A stretch of DNA of 64,000 nucleotides from assembly GCA_002496385.1 (NCBI GenBank), contig DAJR01000023.1:3651-67650 (forward strand), in the 5' to 3' direction. The stretch's first letter is position 1. Each line of letters begins with the position of its first letter. Positions 44,030 to 54,397 of this stretch are shown in pieces. The notes under the pieces are model-generated. The model saw only the letters and a program-made list of their open reading frames with translations. It ran no database searches and was not told where the DNA came from. The position numbers were made by a program, and so were the translations under genes. This stretch comes from Methanomassiliicoccales archaeon UBA147. GTDB taxonomy: Archaea; Thermoplasmatota; Thermoplasmata; SG8-5.

Positions 44030-45178
44030 TTATTTGATATGCAGATTATAAATATCGATTTCCTTATTGACGGTATTCTTCCAATCCATTTTTATTGCCA
44101 TATTGCGCAGTGCTGTCCTGTCCCAGTTATGATTCAATGTGTCCACAACGGCCTTGGCGAAACGGGTCTCAAAACCATCTCCATCGGGGACAATGACGCC
44201 GCCCTCCGCTATAACCTCAGGTATTCCGCCGCAGTTACTGCCAACAACAGGCACGCCACATGCCTGTGCTTCCAATACTACGCAGCCAAATCCCTCTTTC
44301 CTGCTTGGCAATATCAACACATCCATCGCATTGATGTAATTTGGTATGTGGCTGGGTGGAACAATGCCCGTGAATTTCACTTTTATGTTCAATTCATTAC
44401 ATCTATCTGCAATGGATTTTCGTAGGTCTCCGTCTCCGACGACCAGGAACTCCACATCCTTCCGCTTCCCCCGGATCTTTTGAAAAATCTCGGGAAGCTT
44501 GTCTGCCCTTTTCACTTCTTTTAGATTGCCTACATAGCCTACCACTTTCTTGGACAAGGCAAGCTCTGTTTTTTTCATTTCTTTATCTTGAATTGTGAAA
44601 TGGCTTGTGTCCACGCCGTTTGAAATCACGACAGCGTTTTCTCCAGAATAGCCAAGGTCCTTGGCTGCTTTCAACAGGGACTTGCTCACAAAAATCACTC
44701 TGTCGGCCTCTCTTAGAACGGAAACGGTCATCGCCCTGACAGAATGGTCCAGCTGCGGATATGTATGTATGTCAGAACCATGGCATGTGATTACCAGGGG
44801 AAGGCCTGTTCTCCGGCTCAGGGCGGTTCCCACGCATCCTTCTGGGTATGGAATGTGGCAGTGAATCAAATCATACTTTGAAAAATCAACTTTCGATAGA
44901 ATGATATCGGCGAATTTCTCGCACATCTGCTTTCGGTATTTTACCGGATTGCGTCTTCTCCTGAAGGCATCCTTCAGGCCGATTCTATAGGTGAAACCCG
45001 TCCATGTGACCCCCTCTTTTATGATTTTCTCTTTCTCTCCCTGAACGATACCCCTGCCCAGCATCTTATGAATCAACGCGTATATTGGTTCATGGTTCAT
45101 AATTAAAAAATGCACATCGCAAGCCAGCCCCTGAGAGCGCAGTTGCTTAATCCGCGGGGTGATGAATGCTTCTTTCAT
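44030..45178 (-). CDS. GT4-family glycosyltransferase
   Basis: EGFGCVVLEAQACGVPVVGSNCGGIPEVI (E-x7-E region). Confidence 0.75.
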   Translation of the reverse strand: MKEAFITPRIKQLRSQGLACDVHFLIMNHEPIYALIHKMLGRGIVQGEKEKIIKEGVTWTGFTYRIGLKDAFRRRRNPVKYRKQMCEKFADIILSKVDFSKYDLIHCHIPYPEGCVGTALSRRTGLPLVITCHGSDIHTYPQLDHSVRAMTVSVLREADRVIFVSKSLLKAAKDLGYSGENAVVISNGVDTSHFTIQDKEMKKTELALSKKVVGYVGNLKEVKRADKLPEIFQKIRGKRKDVEFLVVGDGDLRKSIADRCNELNIKVKFTGIVPPSHIPNYINAMDVLILPSRKEGFGCVVLEAQACGVPVVGSNCGGIPEVIAEGGVIVPDGDGFETRFAKAVVDTLNHNWDRTALRNMAIKMDWKNTVNKEIDIYNLHIK

Positions 45179-45221
45179 CGGGTTGTCTGGTGTTGGGCGC
45201 TCTTGAGAAACGTAGAATATC

Positions 45222-46367
45222 CTAACCAGAACTTAACCCCCGCTTGATTTTGCTCAGCAACCTCATTGCTTTCCCATTTTGTCCAATGGAGGAAGAGTGA
45301 GGGTAATCAAGGATGGTTTTCTTGGGTAAATTCATAATTTCGTTAAATTCATCCAGCGTAAGGTTTAATTTTTCCGCGACATAATTAATCTCATCTTTTA
45401 TCTTGTCTTTATCATAAGGGCTCTTTTCTAGTTCGCGCAATGCATCTTGGCGTCTCATCTGGCCAGCCACTATCAGGCTCGAAAAGAACATCCTGCGCTT
45501 GTCGAAGCCGAATTTGGTAGGTAGTATGTATGTTTGGAAAAATTTCGTGTATGTGGATTCGAGATGTTTCCCGCCGTAATCCTTCCAATCCAGTTTGGCG
45601 GCTATCTCCTTCTTAGCCTTGTCCTTGTCATAATCCACATAATCCAGGAAGTGCACCCATTTAATGTTCAATGTCTTCCTATAGTAGTCCTGTTTTTTGG
45701 TATCCATATGAGGGAAAGTTTTAAGCTCCTTGGTGCCGAATTGTTGTTGAACTGCTGAGATGTATTCCCAATCCATGTGGCCCCGGGACCATGCGGGAGG
45801 AAGAATCGATTCGGTAACATGGTTTGTTCCTGCAAGGATGAATTTCAGGCTCTCCTTCTCAGCCATTTCAAACATTATGGACTGCATTGCATGATCAGAT
45901 GGGATTTCCGAGTCCGGGGTTGATGCCTTTAGGAAAGAAAGCTGGAGATCCCTGAACTCCTCCCAATCTGCGACAATGGTCCGCATCTCGATGCCCAGCT
46001 TCTTGCATACGGTTTCCATGTTGTGGACTGCTATATCTGTGTTCCAACCATTGTCAACATGAATTGCCAGCGGATTGAGGTCAAGTTGCCTGGCCAGGTA
46101 TGCGGTGTATGTGCTGTCAACCCCGCCGCTTACGCCGAGGATGCAATCGTATGATTTCCCTTTTCCGTCCTCCTTGATCTTTTTTACCAACCTATCAAGT
46201 TCTTGCTTCTTCTTCTCTTTGCTCAAAGAAAGGGGGGGTTTCGAGAGGATATTTAATGAATCGGTGCAATGGTTGCAATGCCCTTGCCTGTCAAAGACAA
46301 TGTCGGGATTTGATGTATCCATCACACATCGTGTGCATATCTGATATTCACGTGTTTTCTTCTTCAT
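45222..46367 (-). CDS. N-acetyl sugar amidotransferase (WbpG/PseA-like, PP-loop ATP pyrophosphatase)
   Basis: N-terminal C4 cluster (CTRCV..CNHC), PP-loop LGVSGGVDST, length and layout as in WbpG/PseA (from memory). Confidence 0.7.
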   Translation of the reverse strand: MKKKTREYQICTRCVMDTSNPDIVFDRQGHCNHCTDSLNILSKPPLSLSKEKKKQELDRLVKKIKEDGKGKSYDCILGVSGGVDSTYTAYLARQLDLNPLAIHVDNGWNTDIAVHNMETVCKKLGIEMRTIVADWEEFRDLQLSFLKASTPDSEIPSDHAMQSIMFEMAEKESLKFILAGTNHVTESILPPAWSRGHMDWEYISAVQQQFGTKELKTFPHMDTKKQDYYRKTLNIKWVHFLDYVDYDKDKAKKEIAAKLDWKDYGGKHLESTYTKFFQTYILPTKFGFDKRRMFFSSLIVAGQMRRQDALRELEKSPYDKDKIKDEINYVAEKLNLTLDEFNEIMNLPKKTILDYPHSSSIGQNGKAMRLLSKIKRGLSSG

Positions 46368-46425
46368 GCAAATACACAGAATTATTGATATTTATATCTA
46401 TCGATTATTGAAACATGTTGATGGG

Positions 46426-47529
46426 ATGACAACTGCACATTGTGGGATAGATGTGATGGGTGAGAAAACCCATGGAAATTGTTATTTAGTTATTCATCAT
46501 TACGATAAATTAATGGTTAAAGCAACAAAGGCGATCAGTGAATTCCTAATTAATTCAGCGAATCTAATCAAGTATCGGAATGATGTTGCTCGAAACGACC
46601 CGGAAAACCTCAGTGTTTTCACGACCAATAGATGCAACCTCTCATGCTTTTACTGCAGCCGCAATGTCTCAGACGATTCAACAGGTTCATCCAATCGTTA
46701 CGATGATAAAAGCGATTTTAAAAATCAGGACCTGACAATGATTCTTCAGAAGTATCCCGGAATTCAACATGTCTCTTTTGTGGGCATCGGTGAACCGTTT
46801 TTGAATAAGGACTTGCTGAAGATGGCTGAACAGGTGAAAAAAAGCGGCAGGACTACCTCGGTGATTACCAATGGGACCCTGTTGCACAACTTCCGGGGAA
46901 AAATCGGATCTCATTTTGACTACATATCAATCAGCTTACACGGCTTAACCGCAAAGGAATTAACCGATGTCTCTGGGGCCCCTGAAACCACATTCCGGCA
47001 ATTCATGGATAATGTTGAAAATCTGGTGAAGGAAGAGAAGGAAAAATTTCCGGAATTAAAAATCCGGGCCTCGGTGGTCTATCTCAAAGAAAATCGAGAA
47101 CGTGTTATTCAGGCAGCAGAGTTTTGCATAAAACATGGAATTACAGAAATAGATGTTCAGAATTACTTGCCGATAGGCGTTGATGAAGGCAAGAACTGTG
47201 TATTCGATGATGAAAAGGACCATATCCTGTTCATGAAAAAAATTTCAAATGAATATCGAAAAAAACTTAATGTAAACATGCCCGTTTTAATTAAACGCAA
47301 TGTTAACCGAATAAAATGGGGCTGCCAATCCTTTTACAGAACCCTGAGGGTCGATGGCTTGGGGCAGATAAGCGGGTGCACGCGCATACTTCCGCCATCA
47401 CCCAAGAACGGCAACATTCACAAAGAGATGGATGTGTGGAATAACGAATACTATAAAGATATGAGACGAAAATTTCGTACCAAGAAAGATATTCCTGAAA
47501 CGTGTAGATTTTGCCCAGATGCACAATAG
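46426..47529 (+). CDS. Radical SAM protein with Cys-rich C-terminus (SPASM/twitch-like?)
   Basis: TNRCNLSCFYCSRN (CxxxCxxC), glycine-rich GIGEPFLN, C-terminal Cys cluster (GCTRI..CRFCP). The ORF opens at 46366, overlapping the divergent amidotransferase start, so an internal Met (MTTAH) was chosen; the start is uncertain. Confidence 0.65.
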   Translation: MTTAHCGIDVMGEKTHGNCYLVIHHYDKLMVKATKAISEFLINSANLIKYRNDVARNDPENLSVFTTNRCNLSCFYCSRNVSDDSTGSSNRYDDKSDFKNQDLTMILQKYPGIQHVSFVGIGEPFLNKDLLKMAEQVKKSGRTTSVITNGTLLHNFRGKIGSHFDYISISLHGLTAKELTDVSGAPETTFRQFMDNVENLVKEEKEKFPELKIRASVVYLKENRERVIQAAEFCIKHGITEIDVQNYLPIGVDEGKNCVFDDEKDHILFMKKISNEYRKKLNVNMPVLIKRNVNRIKWGCQSFYRTLRVDGLGQISGCTRILPPSPKNGNIHKEMDVWNNEYYKDMRRKFRTKKDIPETCRFCPDAQ

Positions 47530-47552
47530 GAGAATTATAAGAGGATTAAATA

Positions 47553-48659
47553 TCAGTTAACTATCCCCAAAAATTTTTTAAAAAAGGAAATCCTCTGATT
47601 CTCCTTCTCTCCAAGATGAATGTGCAAGATTTCGCTTCGTTCCACCCTTTTTCCCATCCGGGCGAGTGTGAATTTCTCGATTGTGTCCAGGCTGTCTTCC
47701 ACATTCGTTGGCGCATTCGGGAGCTGCAGCAGAAACGGAGCCCCATCAGGAAAATCTGTGTCCTTGTATCCCAGTATCGTGGGCAGCCCGTGTGCCAGAT
47801 ACTCCCGGACTTTCAAAGGGCTTGCTTCGTTCATGTTCTTGCGGTGCAATGCTAAAGTAGCGATTGCCACATCTGATTTTGATAATATGTCAGAATATTT
47901 TTCGTTGTTAAGATGGCCATGAAAATGCATGTTCGTAGGGGGCGCAACAACCTCGCTGGCAGTCACGCCCACAAGTTCAAATTGCCAGGTCGGATAATGT
48001 TTGGCAATCACACAAATTTTATCAATTCCATGCCACGATTGTCCCGGAGTCCCCATAAAAAATAATCTTGGCGAGTTGTTGTTTGGAGCTTGTGATGGTG
48101 AGATTTTGTCTATATCGATTCCGTTGGATATCACCACACCCAGTTTTTTATACCTTGAGAAATAAATTTTCAGTTCATTACTTAGAAAGACGAAACCGCT
48201 GAGGCGGCTATAAAATCGATTACGGGAAAATAGATAGTAGATGAACCTAATGTATTGTTTTTGTTTCAGCAAATATGATTTTATCTCCGCGTAGTCATCC
48301 GAATTAATCTCCATGATAGATGGAAATTCGGAAACAATCCTGTTGATGAACGGATAAGGCCAAGAAAATCGCAAATACAGCATATCTGGTTTCCACGGAA
48401 GGATTTTTTCAAGGAGTAAATTACGGTTCATCTTGTCCGAGAATTTTTGAGTTAACGTAATTTCAACGTTTAAATCACTCAGACCGCTCCAGCACTCCTT
48501 GCTTTGGGCTGCAACAAATAATTTAGCTTCGTGTCCTTTAGTTATCCAGTAATGCATTTGCGCAGCAATCTTCTTCAGTACGCCCGTTTCCTGATTGACA
48601 TCCTCGCATATCACATAGGCGATTCTTAAGCCTCTAGGCATGCCATTCGATTTGTTCAT
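47553..48659 (-). CDS. Glycosyltransferase-like protein (GT-B, weak GT4 features); AT-rich
   Basis: C-terminal SPLKVREYLAHGLPTI resembles the GT-B nucleotide-binding region; otherwise low similarity. Confidence 0.5.
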   Translation of the reverse strand: MNKSNGMPRGLRIAYVICEDVNQETGVLKKIAAQMHYWITKGHEAKLFVAAQSKECWSGLSDLNVEITLTQKFSDKMNRNLLLEKILPWKPDMLYLRFSWPYPFINRIVSEFPSIMEINSDDYAEIKSYLLKQKQYIRFIYYLFSRNRFYSRLSGFVFLSNELKIYFSRYKKLGVVISNGIDIDKISPSQAPNNNSPRLFFMGTPGQSWHGIDKICVIAKHYPTWQFELVGVTASEVVAPPTNMHFHGHLNNEKYSDILSKSDVAIATLALHRKNMNEASPLKVREYLAHGLPTILGYKDTDFPDGAPFLLQLPNAPTNVEDSLDTIEKFTLARMGKRVERSEILHIHLGEKENQRISFFKKFLGIVN

Positions 48660-48857
48660 TCTTTAGTGCAACCGATTTTATATATATATGATTAACTAGT
48701 TGCAGATTTGCATCCAAAGCGCGAAAATGTCACTATCGAGAGTCAAGATTCATCGAATTCAAATCACAACGAGCAAATGTTATTATATCGCTCATTCATC
48801 CCTTCAACTGATGCTTAGCGTTCTACATTACTGGTGTTTTACATCGAAAGGAGGCAA

Positions 48858-49949
48858 ATGAAAATGAAAGTGCTTTTCAACCTCCCGTCCATACCGCAAT
48901 ATTCCGCAATATTTCAAACACTAAAATGCCTGGCGAAAAGGCTGAACTCATTGACCGTGATTACAAACGAGGTTGATTCACAATATCTCAATGACACTCC
49001 ACCCAATCTTCAGCTTTTACAACTTCCAAGGTCGAAACTTCGATTTTTAAACGGACTCATTTATAAGAGCGAATACCACAAATGCGATGTGATTCATGAT
49101 ACATTCGGTTACTTTCTTCCCATTGGGATTTTGACCAAATTTTCCAAATCAAAATACATCACATCGGGCTGGGGTTGCTCAGCCAGTTGGTATTACAAAG
49201 CAAAGGAGATTGGATTTGAAGACGAAGAGGAATTGAACCTCCATCGCCGGCTGATGTTCCGGGAACACATAAACACAATGCTTTGCAAAGCCATATTAGT
49301 AAATAGCCCCTCTTTTACTAAAGATTATGCCGAGTTTTATGGATATTCAAAATCCAAGATGTTCGAGGTTCCCGAACCAGTCATAATAAACCAGGAAACA
49401 CGATATGTCAGTAAACAAGATAAAACATTCAACATCCTATATCTAGGAAATATATCCAAAATGAAAGGTATTCATGTTCTTCTTGAGGCGTTTGAAAAAC
49501 TCTTGGAGGCAGGCCACGATGCAAAACTCACTGCCATAGGCAAATACATCCCCCACGATAGACATATTATCGAGCAACGTTCCTGGAAGAACGTTGATAT
49601 CTTAGAACCGGTGGGGCACCATGAATTGTCCAAATACTTCCAAAAAGCAGATTTATACGTGCACCCTTCATACCAAGAAGGGATGCCCCGGGTCGTGATG
49701 GAGGCGCTATCATATGGCGTTCCGGTGGTTGCATCTGATTTACCTGGGATAAGAGCAATTGACGGGAACAGTGATTTAATAAGGTTCATGGAAAATTATG
49801 ATTCGAATAATCTTAAAAACATCCTATGCGATGAGTTAATCCACCCCAGGAAAAATGCAAATTATTTCCGAGATGCCAGAGCAAGAATGGCGGATTTTTC
49901 TCCCGAAAAAATAGCCGATAAGATTTTCAAGATATATGAAATGTTATAA
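48858..49949 (+). CDS. GT4-family glycosyltransferase; AT-rich
   Basis: GGAGG RBS before ATG 48858; EGMPRVVMEALSYGVPVVASDLPGIRAI. Confidence 0.75.
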   Translation: MKMKVLFNLPSIPQYSAIFQTLKCLAKRLNSLTVITNEVDSQYLNDTPPNLQLLQLPRSKLRFLNGLIYKSEYHKCDVIHDTFGYFLPIGILTKFSKSKYITSGWGCSASWYYKAKEIGFEDEEELNLHRRLMFREHINTMLCKAILVNSPSFTKDYAEFYGYSKSKMFEVPEPVIINQETRYVSKQDKTFNILYLGNISKMKGIHVLLEAFEKLLEAGHDAKLTAIGKYIPHDRHIIEQRSWKNVDILEPVGHHELSKYFQKADLYVHPSYQEGMPRVVMEALSYGVPVVASDLPGIRAIDGNSDLIRFMENYDSNNLKNILCDELIHPRKNANYFRDARARMADFSPEKIADKIFKIYEML

Positions 49950-49951
49950 AA

Positions 49952-51736
49952 TCATACATACCAAACAGAGTTTCCGGGTGATGAGTATACACGATTCATG
50001 TCCCCGTCGCAATAATGGAGGATTTCATTAAAATGCTCAGTCCTCTCTTCCAATTTAAACATAAAACAGGTTGAGTCAGAAATAACGATAAAAGTACCAC
50101 CCGAATCGAGTGTGGGCGAATCGGGATTGAAATCAATTAAACGGAGAAATATCAACTTTCCGGGAGCATGTCTCTCCCAGATATAATTTATGTATACTTG
50201 ATTGTCCCAATAACGGTAAACATATGCGGAATCAACATGCCCAACTGTAAATGAATAGCGTTCTTCGTCTTGAGGTGATTGAAAATATCCCGCCTGGTTG
50301 TAATGATACGCTAGAGAGCCAATCATCGGAGACAACATAATTAGAATGATTAATGCCGACATGAACTTCGTTTTATCGATTCTTCCGAGTCCTTTCAGTC
50401 GATTTTTGATATCATCTGGTAAAAGATAAATAAGCATGAGAATGCTTCCAAATCCAAGGTATAAAAAAGAACGATCCCCCATATTTAACGACGGATATAA
50501 GATATTACCAATTGTAAGAATGCCTGTTGAAAGAAACCCGCCTAAAATAAATAAATTTAAACCCGTGAATTCCTTCTTCTTAAACATCTGAAAGGTTCCA
50601 AATGATGCTATAAAAGCAAAAATTCCCAAAACATATAACCGCATGAGTTCTGCCATTGCAAAATTTCCACCCAATCTTTCAACACCTAAAATTCCGGCTT
50701 GTTGAATTCCTGAATTAAAAATTCCGATTCCGTGAATATTAACTTTGCAGTTGATGACCGCCTGTAATCCCAAATTACTGAACATTGAAAAGATTAAATT
50801 ATAAAATAAAGGATTGAGAATGCTCATTCCAATCAGAAAATAGATTGCTACTGGCATGTATGTATTCAGAGAAGTTCTGGCCGTCTTGGTAGATTTTAAA
50901 CCGTAGTGCATGAAAGCGGTGAAAGCATAGGCAAGTGCAATGTATATTGTTGTGGGCCCATGAGTGAACATCAGAAATGAAAATAAAAGTAGCTGAAGAA
51001 GAAAATTATTACGGATATTCCTTGCGGGAACAATAATTGTATAAATTAACAATGGTAGAATTATGAGACCGAAAGCATGGGGAGAATAATGAAATTGAAA
51101 ATATGGAATAGACATGATCATCAATATCATGATTATTCTTGCTTTTGTCAGAGGCATCAATTTTTTAAATAGGAGGTACATGCATGTAAAAAACCAAAAT
51201 GGCATCAGAATCCTAAAAATGGATAGCAACGGCACTGTTGCTGCCAAATCCACCCCGAGCAATACCACAAGAATTTTGGTGAATATGAAAGAGCCGAAAT
51301 ATAATTGGGGGTATGTAGCCAGGGGATCATTGGAAAAGAATAGATTTGACGAATTTGCAAGATTAATTCCATTGAAATAATGTCCATATGCATCCGTGGT
51401 GCCCACAGGATTGTGCAGAAAGAACGATTCCATGTTGATGAACAACATGATGAAAATGCTCATCGCAATGAAGAAGCAGTATCGTTTTTTATTTGTAATG
51501 TTAACAGCCATCAGAACGAAAGAGAGTATTAGGGCAAGCCAATACTCGGCCGGGATCAAGCTTAAAATGCCAAATTGTGAGTCCGATGGGAACTGGAGGA
51601 TTGGATTATGAAACATGAATGCAACCATCGCCAATGCCAATGAAACAAGGACGGTCAGCAACATTCCGTTGGTTGTTCGCATCCAGTTCATGATGCGATT
51701 TCCTGCATTTTCTAGGGCATCAACCATGATATTCAC
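49952..51736 (-). CDS. Polytopic membrane protein (O-antigen-polymerase / GT-C-like, DUF2206-like); AT-rich
   Basis: About 14 TM helices and a C-terminal soluble ~140-aa domain with YRYWDNQ, compare EPYWDVK in 28026-29711. Confidence 0.55.
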   Translation of the reverse strand: MNIMVDALENAGNRIMNWMRTTNGMLLTVLVSLALAMVAFMFHNPILQFPSDSQFGILSLIPAEYWLALILSFVLMAVNITNKKRYCFFIAMSIFIMLFINMESFFLHNPVGTTDAYGHYFNGINLANSSNLFFSNDPLATYPQLYFGSFIFTKILVVLLGVDLAATVPLLSIFRILMPFWFFTCMYLLFKKLMPLTKARIIMILMIMSIPYFQFHYSPHAFGLIILPLLIYTIIVPARNIRNNFLLQLLLFSFLMFTHGPTTIYIALAYAFTAFMHYGLKSTKTARTSLNTYMPVAIYFLIGMSILNPLFYNLIFSMFSNLGLQAVINCKVNIHGIGIFNSGIQQAGILGVERLGGNFAMAELMRLYVLGIFAFIASFGTFQMFKKKEFTGLNLFILGGFLSTGILTIGNILYPSLNMGDRSFLYLGFGSILMLIYLLPDDIKNRLKGLGRIDKTKFMSALIILIMLSPMIGSLAYHYNQAGYFQSPQDEERYSFTVGHVDSAYVYRYWDNQVYINYIWERHAPGKLIFLRLIDFNPDSPTLDSGGTFIVISDSTCFMFKLEERTEHFNEILHYCDGDMNRVYSSPGNSVWYV

Positions 51737-51748
51737 GAAACCATTTAT

Positions 51749-52927
51749 CTATTTTAATGTGTTCATCGAACCCCGGCAGCCTTCACTTGCCAACTCAAGG
51801 TATTTTTTCAGGTATCTTTTTGTCGAAAAATTATCCTGGAATACTCGAATTATCGTGTCCCTGGGGATGTTCGGCCGGTCAATTGTGGCGAGCCTCGTTC
51901 CCAAGTCTCCGACCGGAATGACCAGCTTCTCAGATATCTTGCCCACAACCTCCTTCGTCCCACCCATGTCCGAGCATATCACGGGTGTTCCGAGGGACAT
52001 GGCCTCCAGCGCCACCAGCGGACAGTTCTCCGGCCAGAGTGAGGGAATCAATACTGCATTGGCGTCCCTGACGTACGACCATTTGTCCCTAACCCATCCA
52101 AGGTACTGGATTCGTGGAGAAAGATTCTCATCCCGAATCCTCCTGGTGATTTCGTTCGCCAGGCTGCCATTGCCGATGATTAACAACGTCTCCTTGTTGT
52201 GGGTGAATGCATCCAGAAGCTCCATGACACCCTTGTGCGGTTCCATGACTCCGATGAAAAGGAAGAAGTCGGATTTTCCTGAATTCACGATTTTTTCTGG
52301 CGGGTCCGGAACGAAGTTTGGCAGAACAGTAGTGTTATTCACTATGCCTTTCAATTGTTCCTGCATGAAACCAGATGGGCAGATGACGCAATCCAGCTCT
52401 TTTGTGTTTAGCTTGCTCCTCCAGAATTGGGGGGGTCTTCCCGAAGAGATGACGCAGGATTTGCATCTTCTTTCCTTGCAAAGCCGGCCTTTTCTCATCA
52501 TGTCATTTCTCTGGCAGGCCAGCCAATAATCGTGAGCCGTGTACATCTGCCTATACTCAGCCAGTTTCTGAAACAGCCCATGCCCCAGAAGGGAGATGTT
52601 GTGGTGATGTACAACATTGGGATTCACCTCATCGACCAATTTTCGGTATTGTTTCAACACATAGCTTGAATTACCAAAGGCATAAGCTTTCAGTGGGGTC
52701 AACCTTCCGTAGGGAGATTCCAGAGAATGAACCTGGACTCTGCCATGTTTCAGGGATTCGGCTTCATTCCTCCTCTTCAGCCGGTAAGCGTCCCTGCTGA
52801 ACATAACATGGACTTCATGCCCGCGTCTTGCCAGTTCCTCGGCAAGGTATTTCACATGAACGGCATCGCCACCCAGATGATAGGGGGGATAGAACGTGCT
52901 GGTCATGACAAATCGCAGGGTTTCCAT
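51749..52927 (-). CDS. GT4-family glycosyltransferase
   Basis: TSTFYPPYHLGGDAVHV N-terminus; EGTPVICSDMGG-type C-terminal motif (GTPVICSDMGGTKEVV). Confidence 0.75.
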   Translation of the reverse strand: METLRFVMTSTFYPPYHLGGDAVHVKYLAEELARRGHEVHVMFSRDAYRLKRRNEAESLKHGRVQVHSLESPYGRLTPLKAYAFGNSSYVLKQYRKLVDEVNPNVVHHHNISLLGHGLFQKLAEYRQMYTAHDYWLACQRNDMMRKGRLCKERRCKSCVISSGRPPQFWRSKLNTKELDCVICPSGFMQEQLKGIVNNTTVLPNFVPDPPEKIVNSGKSDFFLFIGVMEPHKGVMELLDAFTHNKETLLIIGNGSLANEITRRIRDENLSPRIQYLGWVRDKWSYVRDANAVLIPSLWPENCPLVALEAMSLGTPVICSDMGGTKEVVGKISEKLVIPVGDLGTRLATIDRPNIPRDTIIRVFQDNFSTKRYLKKYLELASEGCRGSMNTLK

Positions 52928-52966
52928 TTCAATTATCCTCGGCGGGCATGCTCCTGAGATGCCTTC

Positions 52967-54397
52967 TCAATGAGCGTGCTCCATTCTGTGAAGCATGAAG
53001 TTGTTTATTATCTTAATTGAATATTTCACTGCCATGTTGAAATCGTCCGGGTTTCGGAGAACGTGCTTGATGTTTTCCAGGTACCAAACCGGGTAAGTGT
53101 AGAGCGCCTTGTAAGCCATGTACCGGGCCTTGTTCAGGTTCTCTGGTGACATCTCCTCCGTTCCGACGACCGACTCATGCTGATATAGCTGGCGCCAATC
53201 CATCTCCTTTATCAGGCCTTTCTCCAGCGCCCATTTGTGAAGCTGGGTGCCCGGATACGGAACGGCAACGTTGAATTGGACACCTGTCGGCAGTGTTTCC
53301 TTGATGAAGTCGATTGTCTCCTGGACGGTTTCCCATGTCTCGCCCGGAAGCCCAAATATGAAGCTGCAAAGGACCTTGATGCCGTGCTTCTTGGCCAGCC
53401 GGATTGACTCCTTTGCCTCTGCGACGGTTATCCTCTTGGAGGCTGCGTCCAGAATCTTCTGACTGCCCGATTCGATGCCGATGGACATTCCCCTGCAGCC
53501 CGCATCCCTCATGGCTATTACCAATTCCTCATCCAGTAGGTTGGCCCTGGTGTTGCAGTACCACTTGATGTCCATGTTTTCCTTGATCATTGCATTGCAA
53601 AGGGCCATCACCCTTTTCTTGTCGATGGTGAAGGTCTCGTCGAAGAAGGAGACCAGCTTTATGTCGTACTTCTGCTTGAGAAATCTCAGCTCTTTCATGA
53701 CGCTCTCGGCTGAACGCGGCTTCCAGGGGGTGCCGGCGACGGTGCAGTATATGCATCTGTACGGGCAGCCGCGGCTGGTGTACAGAATGGTGAAAGCCTC
53801 ATCCGTTGGTGTGTTGATGAAGTACGGCTCAAGGGATTCCAGCAGGTCATAGGCGGGCATCGGCAGCTCATCCAGGTGGGCAATCATCTCTCTAGTCGGC
53901 GGATTCAACCTAACTCCATCGGGGCTATGCCAGGCCATGCCGCTGACGCTTTCGGCATCCGGCAGCTTATCTATGATGGCCGGAACAACGGACTCATAAT
54001 CCCCTGTAATAAAGAAATCAAGGTCCGGAACCGCGTTCATGACCTCCTGCGGAACTTTATTCAGGGACCAGCAAAGTCCTATTGTTTTCATCAAGGGATT
54101 GGCCTTCCTGGCCATGGCGCAGATGTACGTGTCATGGTCGAAGGTCGTGGGCGTGAATCTGAATATCAGCACATCAGGTTTTACATCTATCAGTTTCTTT
54201 TCGACATGTTCGAATGATATGTCGAAACCATTAGCGTCTATGAGCATGACATCATGCCCCCCCGTCCTCAAAATCGCAGCGAGCTGAAGCAGACTGTAAG
54301 GCTCCAGAACCGAGTATCGCTCGGTGATCTCGCAGCGTTCCTCGCGGATGACTGGCAGCCCTTCGAATCTGGGGGGGTTGACAAGCATAATCTTCAT
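52967..54397 (-). CDS. Cobalamin-binding (class B) radical SAM protein
   Basis: N-terminal B12-binding Rossmann-like domain (IMLVNPP...GGHDVMLIDAN), then SRGCPYRCIYCTVAG (CxxxCxxC). Confidence 0.8.
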   Translation of the reverse strand: MKIMLVNPPRFEGLPVIREERCEITERYSVLEPYSLLQLAAILRTGGHDVMLIDANGFDISFEHVEKKLIDVKPDVLIFRFTPTTFDHDTYICAMARKANPLMKTIGLCWSLNKVPQEVMNAVPDLDFFITGDYESVVPAIIDKLPDAESVSGMAWHSPDGVRLNPPTREMIAHLDELPMPAYDLLESLEPYFINTPTDEAFTILYTSRGCPYRCIYCTVAGTPWKPRSAESVMKELRFLKQKYDIKLVSFFDETFTIDKKRVMALCNAMIKENMDIKWYCNTRANLLDEELVIAMRDAGCRGMSIGIESGSQKILDAASKRITVAEAKESIRLAKKHGIKVLCSFIFGLPGETWETVQETIDFIKETLPTGVQFNVAVPYPGTQLHKWALEKGLIKEMDWRQLYQHESVVGTEEMSPENLNKARYMAYKALYTYPVWYLENIKHVLRNPDDFNMAVKYSIKIINNFMLHRMEHAH

